Positions 25,419 to 35,900 are shown, counted from the stretch's first letter. The stretch is DNA of 64,000 nucleotides from an uncultured Halomonas sp. (GCA_964548715.1 CAZJSH010000005.1:6329-70328); one strand, 5' to 3'. Translations and numbers: made by a program. The notes: generated by a model from the sequence alone, not told the origin.

Positions 25419-27710
25419 TCAGGGCAGGACCGGCTGGGCCTCGAAGCCGTCGGCGAAGATCCCGATCCGCACTTCGATCTCGTCGAAGTCGTTGGCGCCG
25501 TTCAGATCGAGGTTGAAGCCCGACGGCACCAGCGCGCCGATGTACTGGAACACCGAGTCGACGCTGGTGTCGACCAGCTCAGAGTTGACCGAGATCAGCA
25601 CCACATCGCCGGGCTGCATGTCGCTGATGTCGGTCGTCACGTCCCCGGTGCCCGAACTCGGGGTGCAGCTCACGCCAGGGCCCGGCGAGCAGGTCCAGGT
25701 CCGGTTGGTGACCGCGCCCGCGGTCACGTCGTCGAACACGTCGATCGGGCCGAACGCGGTCTCGGGGCCGTTGTTGGTCACGCGCAGCGTGTACCCGACG
25801 AAGTTCTGGCCGGCATCGATGAACAGGTCGGGATCGACGATCTCGATGCCGAGGTCGGCCGTGCGCGTGCTGAACTGGGCCTCGTAGGCCCCGAGATCGA
25901 AGGGACCGGCATTGACCGGATCGGGAACGGAATCCGGCCCGGTCCAGGCCTGGCCGCGCGTCGTGCCGTCGATGTCCGGAAACAGTGGCGGATGGACGTC
26001 GTCGCAGTAGTCGATGGCGGCCGAGCGATCGGTCAAACGGTAGTCGCGCGCCGCGCGGTCGCGGAACGGCACCATCCCTTCGAAGTAGGCGAACGAGGAA
26101 TCGACGTTCAGGTCCGCCAGCGGCCGGCTGCCGATGACGCAGTCGACGCGGGCGACGTTGGCACCGTCCCCGGCCTTGGTGATCCAGAAGCTGGAATCGA
26201 CCAGCGACGACCGGATGGCCAGGTCGGCGGTCTGCCCGGCGCCGGTCGCCAACCGGGCCAGCCCCACCGGATTGTCGGCGATGGTGCTGTAGAGAATCTC
26301 ACCGCTGGCGTTCTCCGAGACCTCGAACAGGAACCCGCCGGAATTGTCGTGCACCACCGAACCTTCCATCCGGAACTCGGTCGCCTGGCCCGTGTAGATG
26401 CTGGTGTTGCTGATATTGGCCGCCGCGCCCAGTGCCCCGCCGGTGGTGTTGTTGCGAACCACGGTACGGCTGACCCACAGGCGGCTTTCGCCCCGGGCCG
26501 AGAAGGCACCGCCGCCCAGGGCGTCGTTGCCGTCGAACACCGAGCACGGGGGTCGACTGAGCACGCCGCCGCTGGACTCCGGGGGTGCGCAGGCGCCGCT
26601 GAATGCGGGTCGCTGGATATCGATGGCGCCGCCCAGGTTGGCCCGCACCCCGCCGCCGAAGGAATCGGCAATGTTGTTGATCGCGTAGGTGTCGACCAGC
26701 GTCAGCGTCGACCCCGAGCCCGTCACGTGTGCACCGCCTCCCGAGCTCCCGGCGGTATTGCCGGCCAGCAGCGCGGCCTCGTCGGCGTCACCGAATCCAC
26801 TGAATGCCAGCGCAGACAACGTGGCCACCGCACCGTTTTCCAGGTGCAGGCCGCCGCCGTTGCCCGACGCGCTGTTGCTGATGATCCCGCCGGTGGGGAA
26901 GATCAGCACGATCGGCCCGCCGGAATACAGGAAGACGTTGCGGCAGGTGTCCAGCGCGATACCGCCCCCGTTTACCGCCTCGTTGCCGGACACCAGCGTC
27001 GTCCCCAGCCTCAGCAGCGTTGTATTCCCGACGTCGTGGGTGGTGCGGCAGTGGATGCCGCCGCCGTCGCCGGCCGCGGTGTTGTTGAACACCGCGCTGT
27101 CGTTGTCGAGCGTGACCAGGGCGCCGCTGCCGTCGCGATCGCCGGTCGTGAGAATGCGCAGCCCGCCGCCGTTTTCGCTCGCGCCGGTCCGGGCGTTATC
27201 GGAGATCTGTACGTTGCGGAAATTGACCAGCAAGCGACCGGGGCGCCCTTCCACGTTGACGCCGCCGGAGCCGAAACCGCTGCCGCCACCGCGGCGAATG
27301 ATCCAGTTCTCGACGTTGACCGTGCGGATCGTGCCACCGACGCTGGCGGGGTAGAAGATGTCCATGCCGAGGCCCGCACCACCGCGGTCGATGGTCGAGC
27401 GCCCGGTCGGCTCGGCGCTGGAGCAGTCGGGAAAACCGCCGATCAGGTCGATGGTGCGCGACAGGATGCTGACCTGCGCGGTGTAGGTGCCGGTCATCAC
27501 GCGGACCTCGCCGCCGTCGATCTGGCCGAAGATCCCGGCGCCGATCGTGGAGAAATCGCAGTCGGGATCCGGGCCGACGGTGACGGCCGCGATGCCGCGC
27601 GTCGACGTCGCCCGAGGATCGACCGGGTCCTCGACGTCGACGATCGAGGCAAGGATCGGCGGGGACAGCCCCACCATGCTGGCAGTGAGAAGGACTTGGA
27701 GGTAGCGCAT
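25419..27710 (-). CDS. secreted right-handed beta-helix protein with C-terminal DUF11-type repeat domain
   Basis: ATG 27710, signal peptide MRYLQVLLTASMVGLSPPILA. Many NxGGG/GGGI-type turns (NGGGLRI, DGGGIHC, NGGGIAL, NGGGLHL, SGGGAHV) resemble polymorphic-membrane-protein or PbH1 repeats. ADLGIEIVD...YTLRVTNNGP is DUF11-like. The protein ends IFADGFEAQPVLP. Confidence 0.8.
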   Translation of the reverse strand: MRYLQVLLTASMVGLSPPILASIVDVEDPVDPRATSTRGIAAVTVGPDPDCDFSTIGAGIFGQIDGGEVRVMTGTYTAQVSILSRTIDLIGGFPDCSSAEPTGRSTIDRGGAGLGMDIFYPASVGGTIRTVNVENWIIRRGGGSGFGSGGVNVEGRPGRLLVNFRNVQISDNARTGASENGGGLRILTTGDRDGSGALVTLDNDSAVFNNTAAGDGGGIHCRTTHDVGNTTLLRLGTTLVSGNEAVNGGGIALDTCRNVFLYSGGPIVLIFPTGGIISNSASGNGGGLHLENGAVATLSALAFSGFGDADEAALLAGNTAGSSGGGAHVTGSGSTLTLVDTYAINNIADSFGGGVRANLGGAIDIQRPAFSGACAPPESSGGVLSRPPCSVFDGNDALGGGAFSARGESRLWVSRTVVRNNTTGGALGAAANISNTSIYTGQATEFRMEGSVVHDNSGGFLFEVSENASGEILYSTIADNPVGLARLATGAGQTADLAIRSSLVDSSFWITKAGDGANVARVDCVIGSRPLADLNVDSSFAYFEGMVPFRDRAARDYRLTDRSAAIDYCDDVHPPLFPDIDGTTRGQAWTGPDSVPDPVNAGPFDLGAYEAQFSTRTADLGIEIVDPDLFIDAGQNFVGYTLRVTNNGPETAFGPIDVFDDVTAGAVTNRTWTCSPGPGVSCTPSSGTGDVTTDISDMQPGDVVLISVNSELVDTSVDSVFQYIGALVPSGFNLDLNGANDFDEIEVRIGIFADGFEAQPVLP

Positions 27711-27977
27711 TTCGATTCGCAACGGATTGGACTCGCGCCTTGATACGCAATCCACGGACCGAATCGGACATCGGCGTGCGTCTCTCCTGTTGCCGTCGCA
27801 CCGGCGCCTTCGGCAACGACCTGACCCTCACCTTGCCAGCGCCCGGATCGGCGACGCTCTCGCCGATGGTGCGGATCGCCGCCGTAAGCGGCGGCCGCGT
27901 CGACGACCGCGAGGCTGCGGCCGAACAGATCCTGCGCGACGAAATCCCGGTCAGGAACCGGTTGCGCTGCGGGCCGA

Positions 27978-30900
27978 TCAGCGCTCGCTGGCCGAGACCG
28001 TGATCGGACGTTCCAGCGCCGCCAGGAACTCCTCGGCCGGCATCGGGTGCCCGTAGCGATAGCCCTGGGCGAATTCGCAGCCTTCGCGGCGCAGCAGCGT
28101 GTCCTGCCCCTCGGTCTCGACGCCTTCGGCGACCACCGCCATGCCCAGCGCCTGGCCGAGCCGGATTGCCGAGACGACCAGCTGCAGGTCGGCCTTGTCG
28201 GTCTCCACGCCCTGGACGAAGCGGCGATCGATCTTCAGGACATCGAACGGGTAATCGCGCAGGTAGCTCAGCGAGGAGAAGCCGGTCCCGAAGTCGTCCA
28301 TGACCACGCCCACGCCGTGCTCGCGCAGCGTACGCAGCGTGCGCATGACCGACTCCGCACCGCTCAGCAGCACGCCCTCGGTGATCTCGATGCTGACCGA
28401 GCGCGGCGACAGGCCGAAGGTATCCAGCGCGACCAGCAGGTTCTCGGCCAGCGATTCCTCGCGGAACTGGCGCGGCGAGACGTTGATCGACAGGCGCATC
28501 TCGTCATGGCCGGCGGCATGCCAGCGGGCCAGCTGACGCAGCCCGTTGCGGATCACGAAATCGCCGACCGCCTCGATCAGCCCGACGTGTTCGGCCAGCG
28601 GTATGAACTCGGCCGGTGCGATCGGCCCCAGCCGAGGATGCGTCCAGCGCAGCAGCGCCTCGGCCCCGACCGGGTGACCGTCCTTGACCCGCACGATCGG
28701 CTGGTAGGCCAGCGTGACCTCGCCACGGTCGAGTGCGACGCGCAGCGACTCTTCGATCTCGAGCTGCCTGGACACGTCCTCGTTCATCGCGGCGGTGAAG
28801 AACTGGAAACCGTTCCGGCCCTCGCCCTTGGCGTGGTACATCGCGGTATCGGCATTGCGCATCAGTTCATCGGCGGTGCCGCCGTCCTGCGGATACACCG
28901 CGATGCCGATCGAGATCGTCAGCATCATGTCGCGCCCGTCCAGGTCGAACGGTTCCCGGAACGCGTGGAGCAGCTTGTTGGCCACGGTGACGAGGCGACG
29001 CTCGTCGGCGGTTTCCTCCAGCAGGATCAGGAATTCGTCCCCGCCGATCCGGGCGACCGTATCGTCCTCGCGCAACTGGGCACACAGACGCTCTGCGGCC
29101 AGCTTCAGGACGCGGTCGCCGACGGCGTGCCCCAGGGTGTCGTTGATCTTCTTGAAGTGGTCGAGGTCGAGAAACAGCATCGAGGCCGACCGACCTTTGC
29201 GGTGGGCATGGTGCAGCGCGTGGTCGAGTCGATCGAGGGCCAGGACGCGGTTCGGCAGTCCGGTCAGGCTGTCGTAGTGGGCCAGGCGGAACAGCGCCTC
29301 GGCATCGCGTTTGCGGTCGGTGATGTCCTGGGCGAAGCCGCGCAGGCAGGGCATGCCGTCGTCGCGCTGGAACGGGTCGGCGTGGACCTTGATCCAGCGG
29401 ACCTCGCCGTTGTCGGGCCGTACGATTCGATGCTCGACGTTGTAGGGCGCACCGCGCTCGACCGTATTCGTCAGGGCCGCCTCGACCAGGCCGCGTTCGG
29501 CATCGGGCGTCAGGGCCAGTACCTGGTCGCGGGTCAGCGGACCGTCGCCGACACCGGTCACCTTGCGCCATTCCTCCGAGGCTTCGAAGCTGTCGGAGCC
29601 GATATCCCACTGCCAGCTGCCCATGCCGGCCAGCGCCTCGGCGTGACGGCGCAACGACTCGCTGGAGCGCAGCCGCGTTTCGACTTCCGCGCGGTGGATA
29701 GCGGCGCCGATCAGGTCGCCGAGCACCTGCAGCAACGAGACTTCCCGGTCGGCCCAGGCCCGCTCCCGGCGCACCGAATCGAACCCGACCAGGCCGATCA
29801 GGCGTTCGCTGGCGACCACCGGCAGGCAGATCAGCGACTGGATGCGCTGGCCTTCGAACAGGGCCTTCTCGACGGCCCACTCCGGCCCCAGGTCCGCGAC
29901 CCGCGAAATCAGCACCGCCTCGTGGCGCTCGAGCCGGGCCTGCAACTGCGGAATCTCGGTCGTCGACACCTGCTGCAGGTTGCCGATCTCGTCGGTGATG
30001 CCGTCGGCGACCCATTCGTGGGTGTTGGTGAAGGCCCTGCGGTCAGGAGAGAACCGGATCAGGTAGGCGCGATCCACGTCGCACCAGCGACCCACCCGCT
30101 CGAGAGTAGCGTTCAGCACGCGGTCCAGCACGGGTTCGTCGGTCTGCATGAATTCGCGCGAGGCCTCGACCATCAAGCGCTGCAGCCCGGCGCCGTATTC
30201 GATGCGCCGCTGGGCCAGGTGTTGCTCGGTCACGTCGAGCATGGCGCCGAACAACCGCGTTTGGCCATTCTCGTCCTGGACGACGTTGACCGAATCGCGC
30301 ACCCAGACCACCGAGCCGTCCCGGGCCAGCATCCGGTATTCGACGGTGTGCGAGCGGCGCGCCCGCGCCTCGCGCCGGCAGTAGGACACCACCCAGTCGC
30401 GGTCTTCGGGGTGGATGTGGTCGGCCCAGAAGCGAGGCTCGGCCAACCAGGTTTCGGGCCGATAGCCCAGCACGCTCTCGACTTCCGGGCTGACGTAGGC
30501 GAAACCATCGTGGCCGGCACCGGCCTCCCAGAGCACCGCGGTGGTGGATTCGACCAGGGTCCGGTACATCGCCTGCTCGTGGATCTGCCGGGCCGCGTCC
30601 TCGCCCTGCCTCAAGCGTTCGCGGATCCGGAACAACGTCTCGCTGGACAGGCGGAAACTCATGGCCATCAAGGCCGCCAGGTAGAGGGTCAGCAAGGCGA
30701 CCCAGGGCATCGCTTCGGGCTCGGCCAACAGCGCGAAGCGCACGATGAACGGGCCGAGGGTGGCGAACAGGTAGACCCAGGCGATCGGCCAGCTTCCCAC
30801 CAGGTTGATGATGCCGCCGGCGGCGAGCCCGGCGATCGCGAACATCAGGTAGGACTGTTCCATGCCTGTGCCGGGCCGGTACAGGATCCACGCCGCCGAA

Positions 30901-31214
30901 CCCCAGATCAGGCCGACCAGCACGACCAGTACGCCGAACACGGCGAGCCAGAGACCCGGTGCGTGGCGATGGGCACGCGAGCGTCGTACATGGAGCAGGG
31001 AGGCCAATCGGACCAGCGTCACCGCGGCGAACACGCTGGCCCAGAGCGTCAGCGGACCGTGCGGCCGGATCGGCAGGTGAACGTAGAGCAACAACCCCAT
31101 GGCCAGGATGCTGAGTACGATCGAACTCGGCAGACTGGCATACAACGCCCTCACCCGTTCGACACGAGCGCGGTGCTCGAGCGAAGTCCGGGCGGGTTCC
31201 GAGGGCTGGGTCAC
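27978..31214 (-). CDS. membrane sensor PAS-GAF-PAS-GGDEF-EAL protein (c-di-GMP turnover)
   Basis: 1078 aa with about 7 N-terminal helices followed by PAS/GAF segments. GGDEF domain has RIGGDEF with REDD (RxxD) 5 residues upstream. EAL domain has EALLRW, DDFGTGFSSLSYL and EGVET. Confidence 0.9.
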   Translation of the reverse strand: MTQPSEPARTSLEHRARVERVRALYASLPSSIVLSILAMGLLLYVHLPIRPHGPLTLWASVFAAVTLVRLASLLHVRRSRAHRHAPGLWLAVFGVLVVLVGLIWGSAAWILYRPGTGMEQSYLMFAIAGLAAGGIINLVGSWPIAWVYLFATLGPFIVRFALLAEPEAMPWVALLTLYLAALMAMSFRLSSETLFRIRERLRQGEDAARQIHEQAMYRTLVESTTAVLWEAGAGHDGFAYVSPEVESVLGYRPETWLAEPRFWADHIHPEDRDWVVSYCRREARARRSHTVEYRMLARDGSVVWVRDSVNVVQDENGQTRLFGAMLDVTEQHLAQRRIEYGAGLQRLMVEASREFMQTDEPVLDRVLNATLERVGRWCDVDRAYLIRFSPDRRAFTNTHEWVADGITDEIGNLQQVSTTEIPQLQARLERHEAVLISRVADLGPEWAVEKALFEGQRIQSLICLPVVASERLIGLVGFDSVRRERAWADREVSLLQVLGDLIGAAIHRAEVETRLRSSESLRRHAEALAGMGSWQWDIGSDSFEASEEWRKVTGVGDGPLTRDQVLALTPDAERGLVEAALTNTVERGAPYNVEHRIVRPDNGEVRWIKVHADPFQRDDGMPCLRGFAQDITDRKRDAEALFRLAHYDSLTGLPNRVLALDRLDHALHHAHRKGRSASMLFLDLDHFKKINDTLGHAVGDRVLKLAAERLCAQLREDDTVARIGGDEFLILLEETADERRLVTVANKLLHAFREPFDLDGRDMMLTISIGIAVYPQDGGTADELMRNADTAMYHAKGEGRNGFQFFTAAMNEDVSRQLEIEESLRVALDRGEVTLAYQPIVRVKDGHPVGAEALLRWTHPRLGPIAPAEFIPLAEHVGLIEAVGDFVIRNGLRQLARWHAAGHDEMRLSINVSPRQFREESLAENLLVALDTFGLSPRSVSIEITEGVLLSGAESVMRTLRTLREHGVGVVMDDFGTGFSSLSYLRDYPFDVLKIDRRFVQGVETDKADLQLVVSAIRLGQALGMAVVAEGVETEGQDTLLRREGCEFAQGYRYGHPMPAEEFLAALERPITVSASER

Positions 31215-31494
31215 GTGCGAGTCTCCGGGTCGTTGCTCGGCCCCCCCACCCGGTGCAGCGGTCGAGCCGGCGGGACCCCTTTCTGGAAGGCTAGGTCATG
31301 GACCTGCAAAAGGCAACTGCGGCCCGGAAGCGGGGACCGCAGCTTTCCCGTTCGCGCTACGGGCACCCGGAACCGACCTGCAGCATCCAATGCGGGCGAT
31401 CGCACCGGCTGATCGACCACTCCGCGGCGTGCTGCCCTGCATGGATCAAGCAGCCCCCACGAAAAACGGGAACCGCGCCCCGTAGAATCGGGCC

Positions 31495-33009
31495 ATGACG
31501 ATCGATACGCCTACCCGCGACCGGTCCCGCCACCTCGGTGTCGCAATCCTCGGCGCCGGGTTCGGCGGCATCGCAATGGCCGTCGAGCTCCAGCGACGCG
31601 GCCGCACCGACCTGAAGGTCTTCGAACAGGCCGGCGGCATCGGCGGCACCTGGTGGATGAACCACTACCCGGGCTGCGCCTGCGATGTCCCGGCCCACCT
31701 CTACTCGTTCTCGTTCGCGCCGAACCCGGACTGGTCGCGCCGATTCGCGCCGCGCGCCGAGATCCAGGCGTATCTCGAGCGCGTCGTGCGCGACCGGAAC
31801 CTCACCGACCGAATCGAGCTCGACTGTCGGATCGAGCGCGCCTACTGGGATGAATCGGCGCGCCGCTGGGTGCTCGAGGACGCGCACGGGCGCCACTGGA
31901 CGGCCGATGTGCTGGTCTCGGCGATCGGCGGGCTATCGCGGCCCGCCTGGCCTGAACTGCCGGGGCTGGACCGCTTTGCAGGGAAGATCGTGCATTCGCA
32001 GCAGTGGCCGGACGACCTCGCGATCGATCATCGTCGGGTCGCCGTCGTGGGCACGGGGGCGACCGGCGCGCAGATCGTACCGGAGATCGCGCCGAAGGTC
32101 GTGCAGCTGGATGTCTATCAACGTTCGCCGAACTGGATCCTGCCGCGTCCCGACGGGCCGATCCGGCCGTGGCAACGCGCGCTGTATCGACGCCTGCCGT
32201 GGCTTCAGAAACTGGTCCGTCTGTCGATCTGGTTCGGTTCCGAGCTGCGCGTGCCCGGACTGGCCTGGAGCAATCGACTGGCCGCCGGTCACCGGGCGCT
32301 GGCGCTGTGGCACATGAAGCGCCAAGTGCCGGATCGCGAATTGCGCGCACAGCTCATTCCGGACTTCGCGATCGGTTGCCGACGAGTCCTGCGGTCCAGC
32401 GACTACTATCCGGCCCTGGTTCGCGAGAACGTCGACCTCGTGACCTCACCGATTCGAGCCGTCGAGCCCGACGCCATCGTCACCGCCGACGGCACCCGCC
32501 GCCCGACCGACATACTGGTGCTGGCCACCGGCTTCCGCGCTACCTCGCCGGTGCCGGAAGGCTTGCTGACGGGTCGCAACGGGTTCGATCTGGCCACGGC
32601 CTGGGCCGAGGCGGGGCCGGAAGCCTGGCGCGGCGTCGCGGTCCACGGGTTTCCGAACCTGTTCCTGCTGATGGGCCCGAATACCGCGCTGGGCCACAAC
32701 TCGGTGGTCTACATGATCGAATCACAGGCGCGTTTCGTCGCCGACGCGATCGTCGAGCTGGCCGCTCGAGGTGCGACCGCCGAAGTCCGTGCCGACGTCC
32801 AGCGCGACGAAAACGACCGGCTGCAGCGCAAGCTCGCGCGAACGGTCTGGAACACCGGCGGCTGCAGCAGCTGGTATCTGCACCCGGCCTCGGGACGCAA
32901 TGCGACGCTCTGGCCCGGATTCACGCTCGACTATCGGAGGACGCTTCGTCGCTTCCGGCCCGAGGCGTTCGAATTGACGGCAGCGCCGAAGACCGACGCC
33001 GCCGGTTGA
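31495..33009 (+). CDS. Baeyer-Villiger / flavin-containing monooxygenase
   Basis: FAD-binding GAGFGG. The BVMO fingerprint FxGxxxHxxxW[PD] is present as FAGKIVHSQQWPD. Second dinucleotide motif GTGATG, plus a C-terminal ATGF block. Confidence 0.85.
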   Translation: MTIDTPTRDRSRHLGVAILGAGFGGIAMAVELQRRGRTDLKVFEQAGGIGGTWWMNHYPGCACDVPAHLYSFSFAPNPDWSRRFAPRAEIQAYLERVVRDRNLTDRIELDCRIERAYWDESARRWVLEDAHGRHWTADVLVSAIGGLSRPAWPELPGLDRFAGKIVHSQQWPDDLAIDHRRVAVVGTGATGAQIVPEIAPKVVQLDVYQRSPNWILPRPDGPIRPWQRALYRRLPWLQKLVRLSIWFGSELRVPGLAWSNRLAAGHRALALWHMKRQVPDRELRAQLIPDFAIGCRRVLRSSDYYPALVRENVDLVTSPIRAVEPDAIVTADGTRRPTDILVLATGFRATSPVPEGLLTGRNGFDLATAWAEAGPEAWRGVAVHGFPNLFLLMGPNTALGHNSVVYMIESQARFVADAIVELAARGATAEVRADVQRDENDRLQRKLARTVWNTGGCSSWYLHPASGRNATLWPGFTLDYRRTLRRFRPEAFELTAAPKTDAAG

Positions 33010-33053
33010 CCCGCGGTCGAGACGGGATTCGCCCCGGTCGCCGAACGCGCACA

Positions 33054-33488
33054 TCAGGGCGTGTCGAACACCCGATGCAGGATGGTCGAGTAGGTCGCCG
33101 GGCGGTTCGAATCGTCGTAGCGACCCAGGATGTGATACGTCTTGCCGGCCTCGGCGACGACCTCGATCTTGTTATAGCCATCGGTCATCCGGCGCTCCGG
33201 CCGTCGGAAGCTCAAACCCTGCGGATTGATCACCTTCATGCGAACGGTGATCTCGTAGCGGCCGGGCTCGATCCAGAGCCAGTCGCGGTCGCCGACGATG
33301 GTCTGGCCGTCGATGGCGACGAAGCTGACTTCGTAGAGATCACTGCCGGGGAAGCCGGGTGAGCCGACCAGTTGCGCGGCATCGGGCCCGGGATCGGTCA
33401 GCGGAAGCGCGTGCGACGGCACGGTGGCCACGGTCAGCAGCAGCACCAGCAGGGCGGCAGTCGATGCCTTCAGGACAGGTGTCTTCAT
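33054..33488 (-). CDS. small secreted protein of unknown function
   Basis: ATG 33488 preceded by AGGAG. Signal peptide MKTPVLKASTAALLVLLLTVATVPSHA. The upstream 40 codons of the track ORF are not supported. Same strand as the upstream regulator and 103 nt downstream of it. Confidence 0.6.
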   Translation of the reverse strand: MKTPVLKASTAALLVLLLTVATVPSHALPLTDPGPDAAQLVGSPGFPGSDLYEVSFVAIDGQTIVGDRDWLWIEPGRYEITVRMKVINPQGLSFRRPERRMTDGYNKIEVVAEAGKTYHILGRYDDSNRPATYSTILHRVFDTP

Positions 33489-33591
33489 TCGGGTTCTCCT
33501 TTTAGGGGTGGCCTTCAGGATGCCCGGGCGAACACGGAAGATCGATGGGCGGGTCCGGAAATCGACCTGAAATCCACCTGAAACCGGGGCA

Positions 33592-34476
33592 TCAGGGGTC
33601 GGCGGCACGCAATTCCGTCCAGTGCTCGGCGAGGTCGCTGGCCAGTGTCTCCGCGGCCTCAGCCGGCGAAATCGGCTGACCGGGCGGCGTCGACACCGTG
33701 GCGGCCCAGAGCACCTCGCCGCGCGGCAGACGTAGCAGGCGGGCCTCGATGCGCCAACCGCGACCCTGGCCGGACGAATCCGGTTCGGCGATCACGCTAC
33801 CTTCCAGTACCAGCGATGCGTCCAGTTCGCGGGCCACGAAGGCGACGCGTTCGCGTCCTGTGAGCTGGCGACCGAGCGATGTCCGCCCGAGCAGCACCAT
33901 CCCGTCGAGCTCGCGCTGCCACAATGCCGCGAGCAGCGTGTCGGCCAGCACCAGGTCCAGGTTGCCGGACCCGGCGTCGCCGAGCAGCTCGAACGGCACG
34001 ACCGCGAGGCGCGGACTCGTCCGCGCGTTGTCGTCGGGCATCAACATCCACGCGGCGCCCGCCACGACGGCGCACAGCACGAGGAGTGCCCCGGCGAGCC
34101 GAACCCATCGGCGGTTTGCCGAAGGCACACCACCGTGGTCGGTTCCGAGCGCACCGTCGACGTCGACCGAACCGCGAAACCGGTAACCGCGGCGCGGAAC
34201 CGTCTCGATCAGGTCGTCGGGCGCATCGAGCGACCGCAGCGCCTGGCGCAACTCCTTGATCAAGGCGGCCAGGCCCGCCTCGAAATCGACCACGCGGCCC
34301 TCGCCCCAGACCGCGCGGCACAGGGTTTCACGGTCGAGCACTTCGCCCGGGCGATCGAGGAAGGTGTCGAGCAGAGCCGCCACCTGCGGGCGCAAGGTCC
34401 GCGGCTCCCCGTCGCCGGCTCGCAGCGTGCCGTCGGACGGGTCGTAACGCAACCCTTCGAATTCGATCGTCGACAT
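33592..34476 (-). CDS. ToxR/CadC-like membrane-bound winged-helix transcriptional regulator
   Basis: ATG 34476. OmpR/PhoB-type DNA-binding domain (LRPQVAALLDTFLDRPGEVLDRETL, IETVPRRGYRF), one TM helix (WVRLAGALLVLCAVVAGAAWML), and a periplasmic domain opening RLAVVPFE. Confidence 0.75.
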   Translation of the reverse strand: MSTIEFEGLRYDPSDGTLRAGDGEPRTLRPQVAALLDTFLDRPGEVLDRETLCRAVWGEGRVVDFEAGLAALIKELRQALRSLDAPDDLIETVPRRGYRFRGSVDVDGALGTDHGGVPSANRRWVRLAGALLVLCAVVAGAAWMLMPDDNARTSPRLAVVPFELLGDAGSGNLDLVLADTLLAALWQRELDGMVLLGRTSLGRQLTGRERVAFVARELDASLVLEGSVIAEPDSSGQGRGWRIEARLLRLPRGEVLWAATVSTPPGQPISPAEAAETLASDLAEHWTELRAADP

Positions 34477-34645
34477 GAGGATTCCGCAGTCGGATACCTG
34501 ACCATTGTCACCGGATTCGCGCACGGCGCCATGGAACGCGCCTGAATCTTCGCTGAAATCCCCGGGAGATGCCAACGAGCCGCCGCCGTGGAACGACCGA
34601 AGCTGCCGGGTACACTCTGCTCGAGTTTTCCTTCGAGGCCCGGCC

Positions 34646-35314
34646 ATGTTCGCCCGAGTCGCACCGCCACTGTTCATCGCGCTTGCCGTCAGCTACTGGG
34701 TGACACTGTTCCTGCCGGCCTGGGCCGGCGAGCCGGTTCACAAGGCGCTGCCGATGCTGCTGGCGGCCTGGGCGCTGCTCGTCAGCCTGCCCGCGCGCGT
34801 CGGCGTGCCGATGGCGATCGGATTCGCGTTCTCGGCCGCCGGCGACGCCTTCCTGGCGGTCGATCGCCAGGCCTGGCTGCTGCACGCGCTGGCCAGCTTC
34901 CTGGTGACCCAGCTCGCCTACTCGGCCGCCTTCCTCCATCACGCGGTCCCGCTGCGCGAACGCCTGGCGCCGCGGCTGGCCGCGGTCGGATTCGGCGCGG
35001 CGATGCTGGCCTGGATGTGGGATGGACTCGGAGACTTCCGCGTGCCGGTCACCGTCTACGTGGCGGTCCTGGTGTCGATGACCGTACTGGCCGCTGGCGT
35101 CGGGGCGGGGATCGGCCGGGTGTTCGTCGGCGCGGCGCTGTTCATGCTGGCCGACTCGCTGATTGGCGTGAACCGCTTCGTCACCGAGTTCGAACACGCC
35201 GAACGCATCATCGTGGCGATCTACACCACCGGCCAGTACCTGATCTTCACCGGCGCGCTGGCCGTCTATGGTCGACCACCCGCCGGCGCCGCCCGCCAAG
35301 GAGAGCCCGAATGA
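34646..35314 (+). CDS. YhhN-family (lysoplasmalogenase-like) membrane protein
   Basis: ATG 34646. 222 aa with about 7 helices. Motifs FKALPMLLLA-like (HKALPMLLAAWAL), SAAGDAFL and FMLADSLIG are typical of the YhhN family. Confidence 0.75.
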   Translation: MFARVAPPLFIALAVSYWVTLFLPAWAGEPVHKALPMLLAAWALLVSLPARVGVPMAIGFAFSAAGDAFLAVDRQAWLLHALASFLVTQLAYSAAFLHHAVPLRERLAPRLAAVGFGAAMLAWMWDGLGDFRVPVTVYVAVLVSMTVLAAGVGAGIGRVFVGAALFMLADSLIGVNRFVTEFEHAERIIVAIYTTGQYLIFTGALAVYGRPPAGAARQGEPE

Positions 35315-35859
35315 ACGCACCCGCCCTGTTCGCCGTCTGTCTCGGCGGCCGCGCGCCGCGCTGCAACATCGAACTGCACGACGTGGTGTTCGCCGCCGGC
35401 GAGTCCATCGAGGACATTCATCCGCAGCTGCTCGACCGCTGGTTCGGCGACCCGGAGCGCGTGCACGTCGATGCCTGGGCACGAGTCGAGACTGTACCGG
35501 GCTACCGCGTCCGGCTGGACCGTGTGGCGCCGACCGAAGGCCCCCGCCTCTACTTCGTCAACATCGGTGCCTACGCGCCCGGCGAATTGCTGGAACGGCA
35601 CGCCTATGCGCTCTACGCCGGCGCGTCGGCCGGCGAGGTCAAGACCCGGGCCAAGGCCGAGCTGCTGCAGGGGCGCGACGAGGTCCACCGCGACGACCTG
35701 TACGACGTCGACGACCTGCTGGCCGTCGAGACGGTCGACGGCTGGCACGTGCACCTCGACCGCGACCCGGACACCGGCCCGCCGGAGGTCACCAACGGTT
35801 ATTTCCCGATTCCGCGCAGGACCGTCGCGGCCTGGCGGGCGGCGCGCCCGTCCGGTTGA
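35311..35859 (+). CDS. DUF1543 domain protein
   Basis: The ATG overlaps the YhhN stop (ATGA). LGGRAPRCNIELHDVVFAAGESIEDIHPQLLDRWFG matches the DUF1543 N-terminal signature as I recall it. The longer track ORF (34588-35859) is an out-of-frame read-through of the YhhN gene. Confidence 0.7.
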   Translation: MNAPALFAVCLGGRAPRCNIELHDVVFAAGESIEDIHPQLLDRWFGDPERVHVDAWARVETVPGYRVRLDRVAPTEGPRLYFVNIGAYAPGELLERHAYALYAGASAGEVKTRAKAELLQGRDEVHRDDLYDVDDLLAVETVDGWHVHLDRDPDTGPPEVTNGYFPIPRRTVAAWRAARPSG

Positions 35860-35900
35860 CCGGCGACCCGGCGTTGACACGGCACGCGCAAGCTTGCGCG

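Noticed and set aside
28047-31412. An 1121-aa + strand ORF opposite the PAS-GGDEF-EAL gene. Similar shadow ORFs lie at 6428-8767, 12251-14206, 20355-22166, 21380-23647, 25992-27743, 48078-49892, 54814-55821 and 56362-58533.
   Set aside because: These have the same low-complexity Arg/Gly/Asp/His-rich composition. Each fully overlaps an opposite-strand or alternative-frame ORF with clear family signatures. None has a plausible start context.
31483-31497. TAGAAT hexamer ending 7 nt before the BVMO start codon, which could indicate a leaderless mRNA.
   Set aside because: There is no acceptable -35 at 16-19 nt spacing and no other support. A single hexamer match in 280 nt of intergenic DNA is weak evidence.
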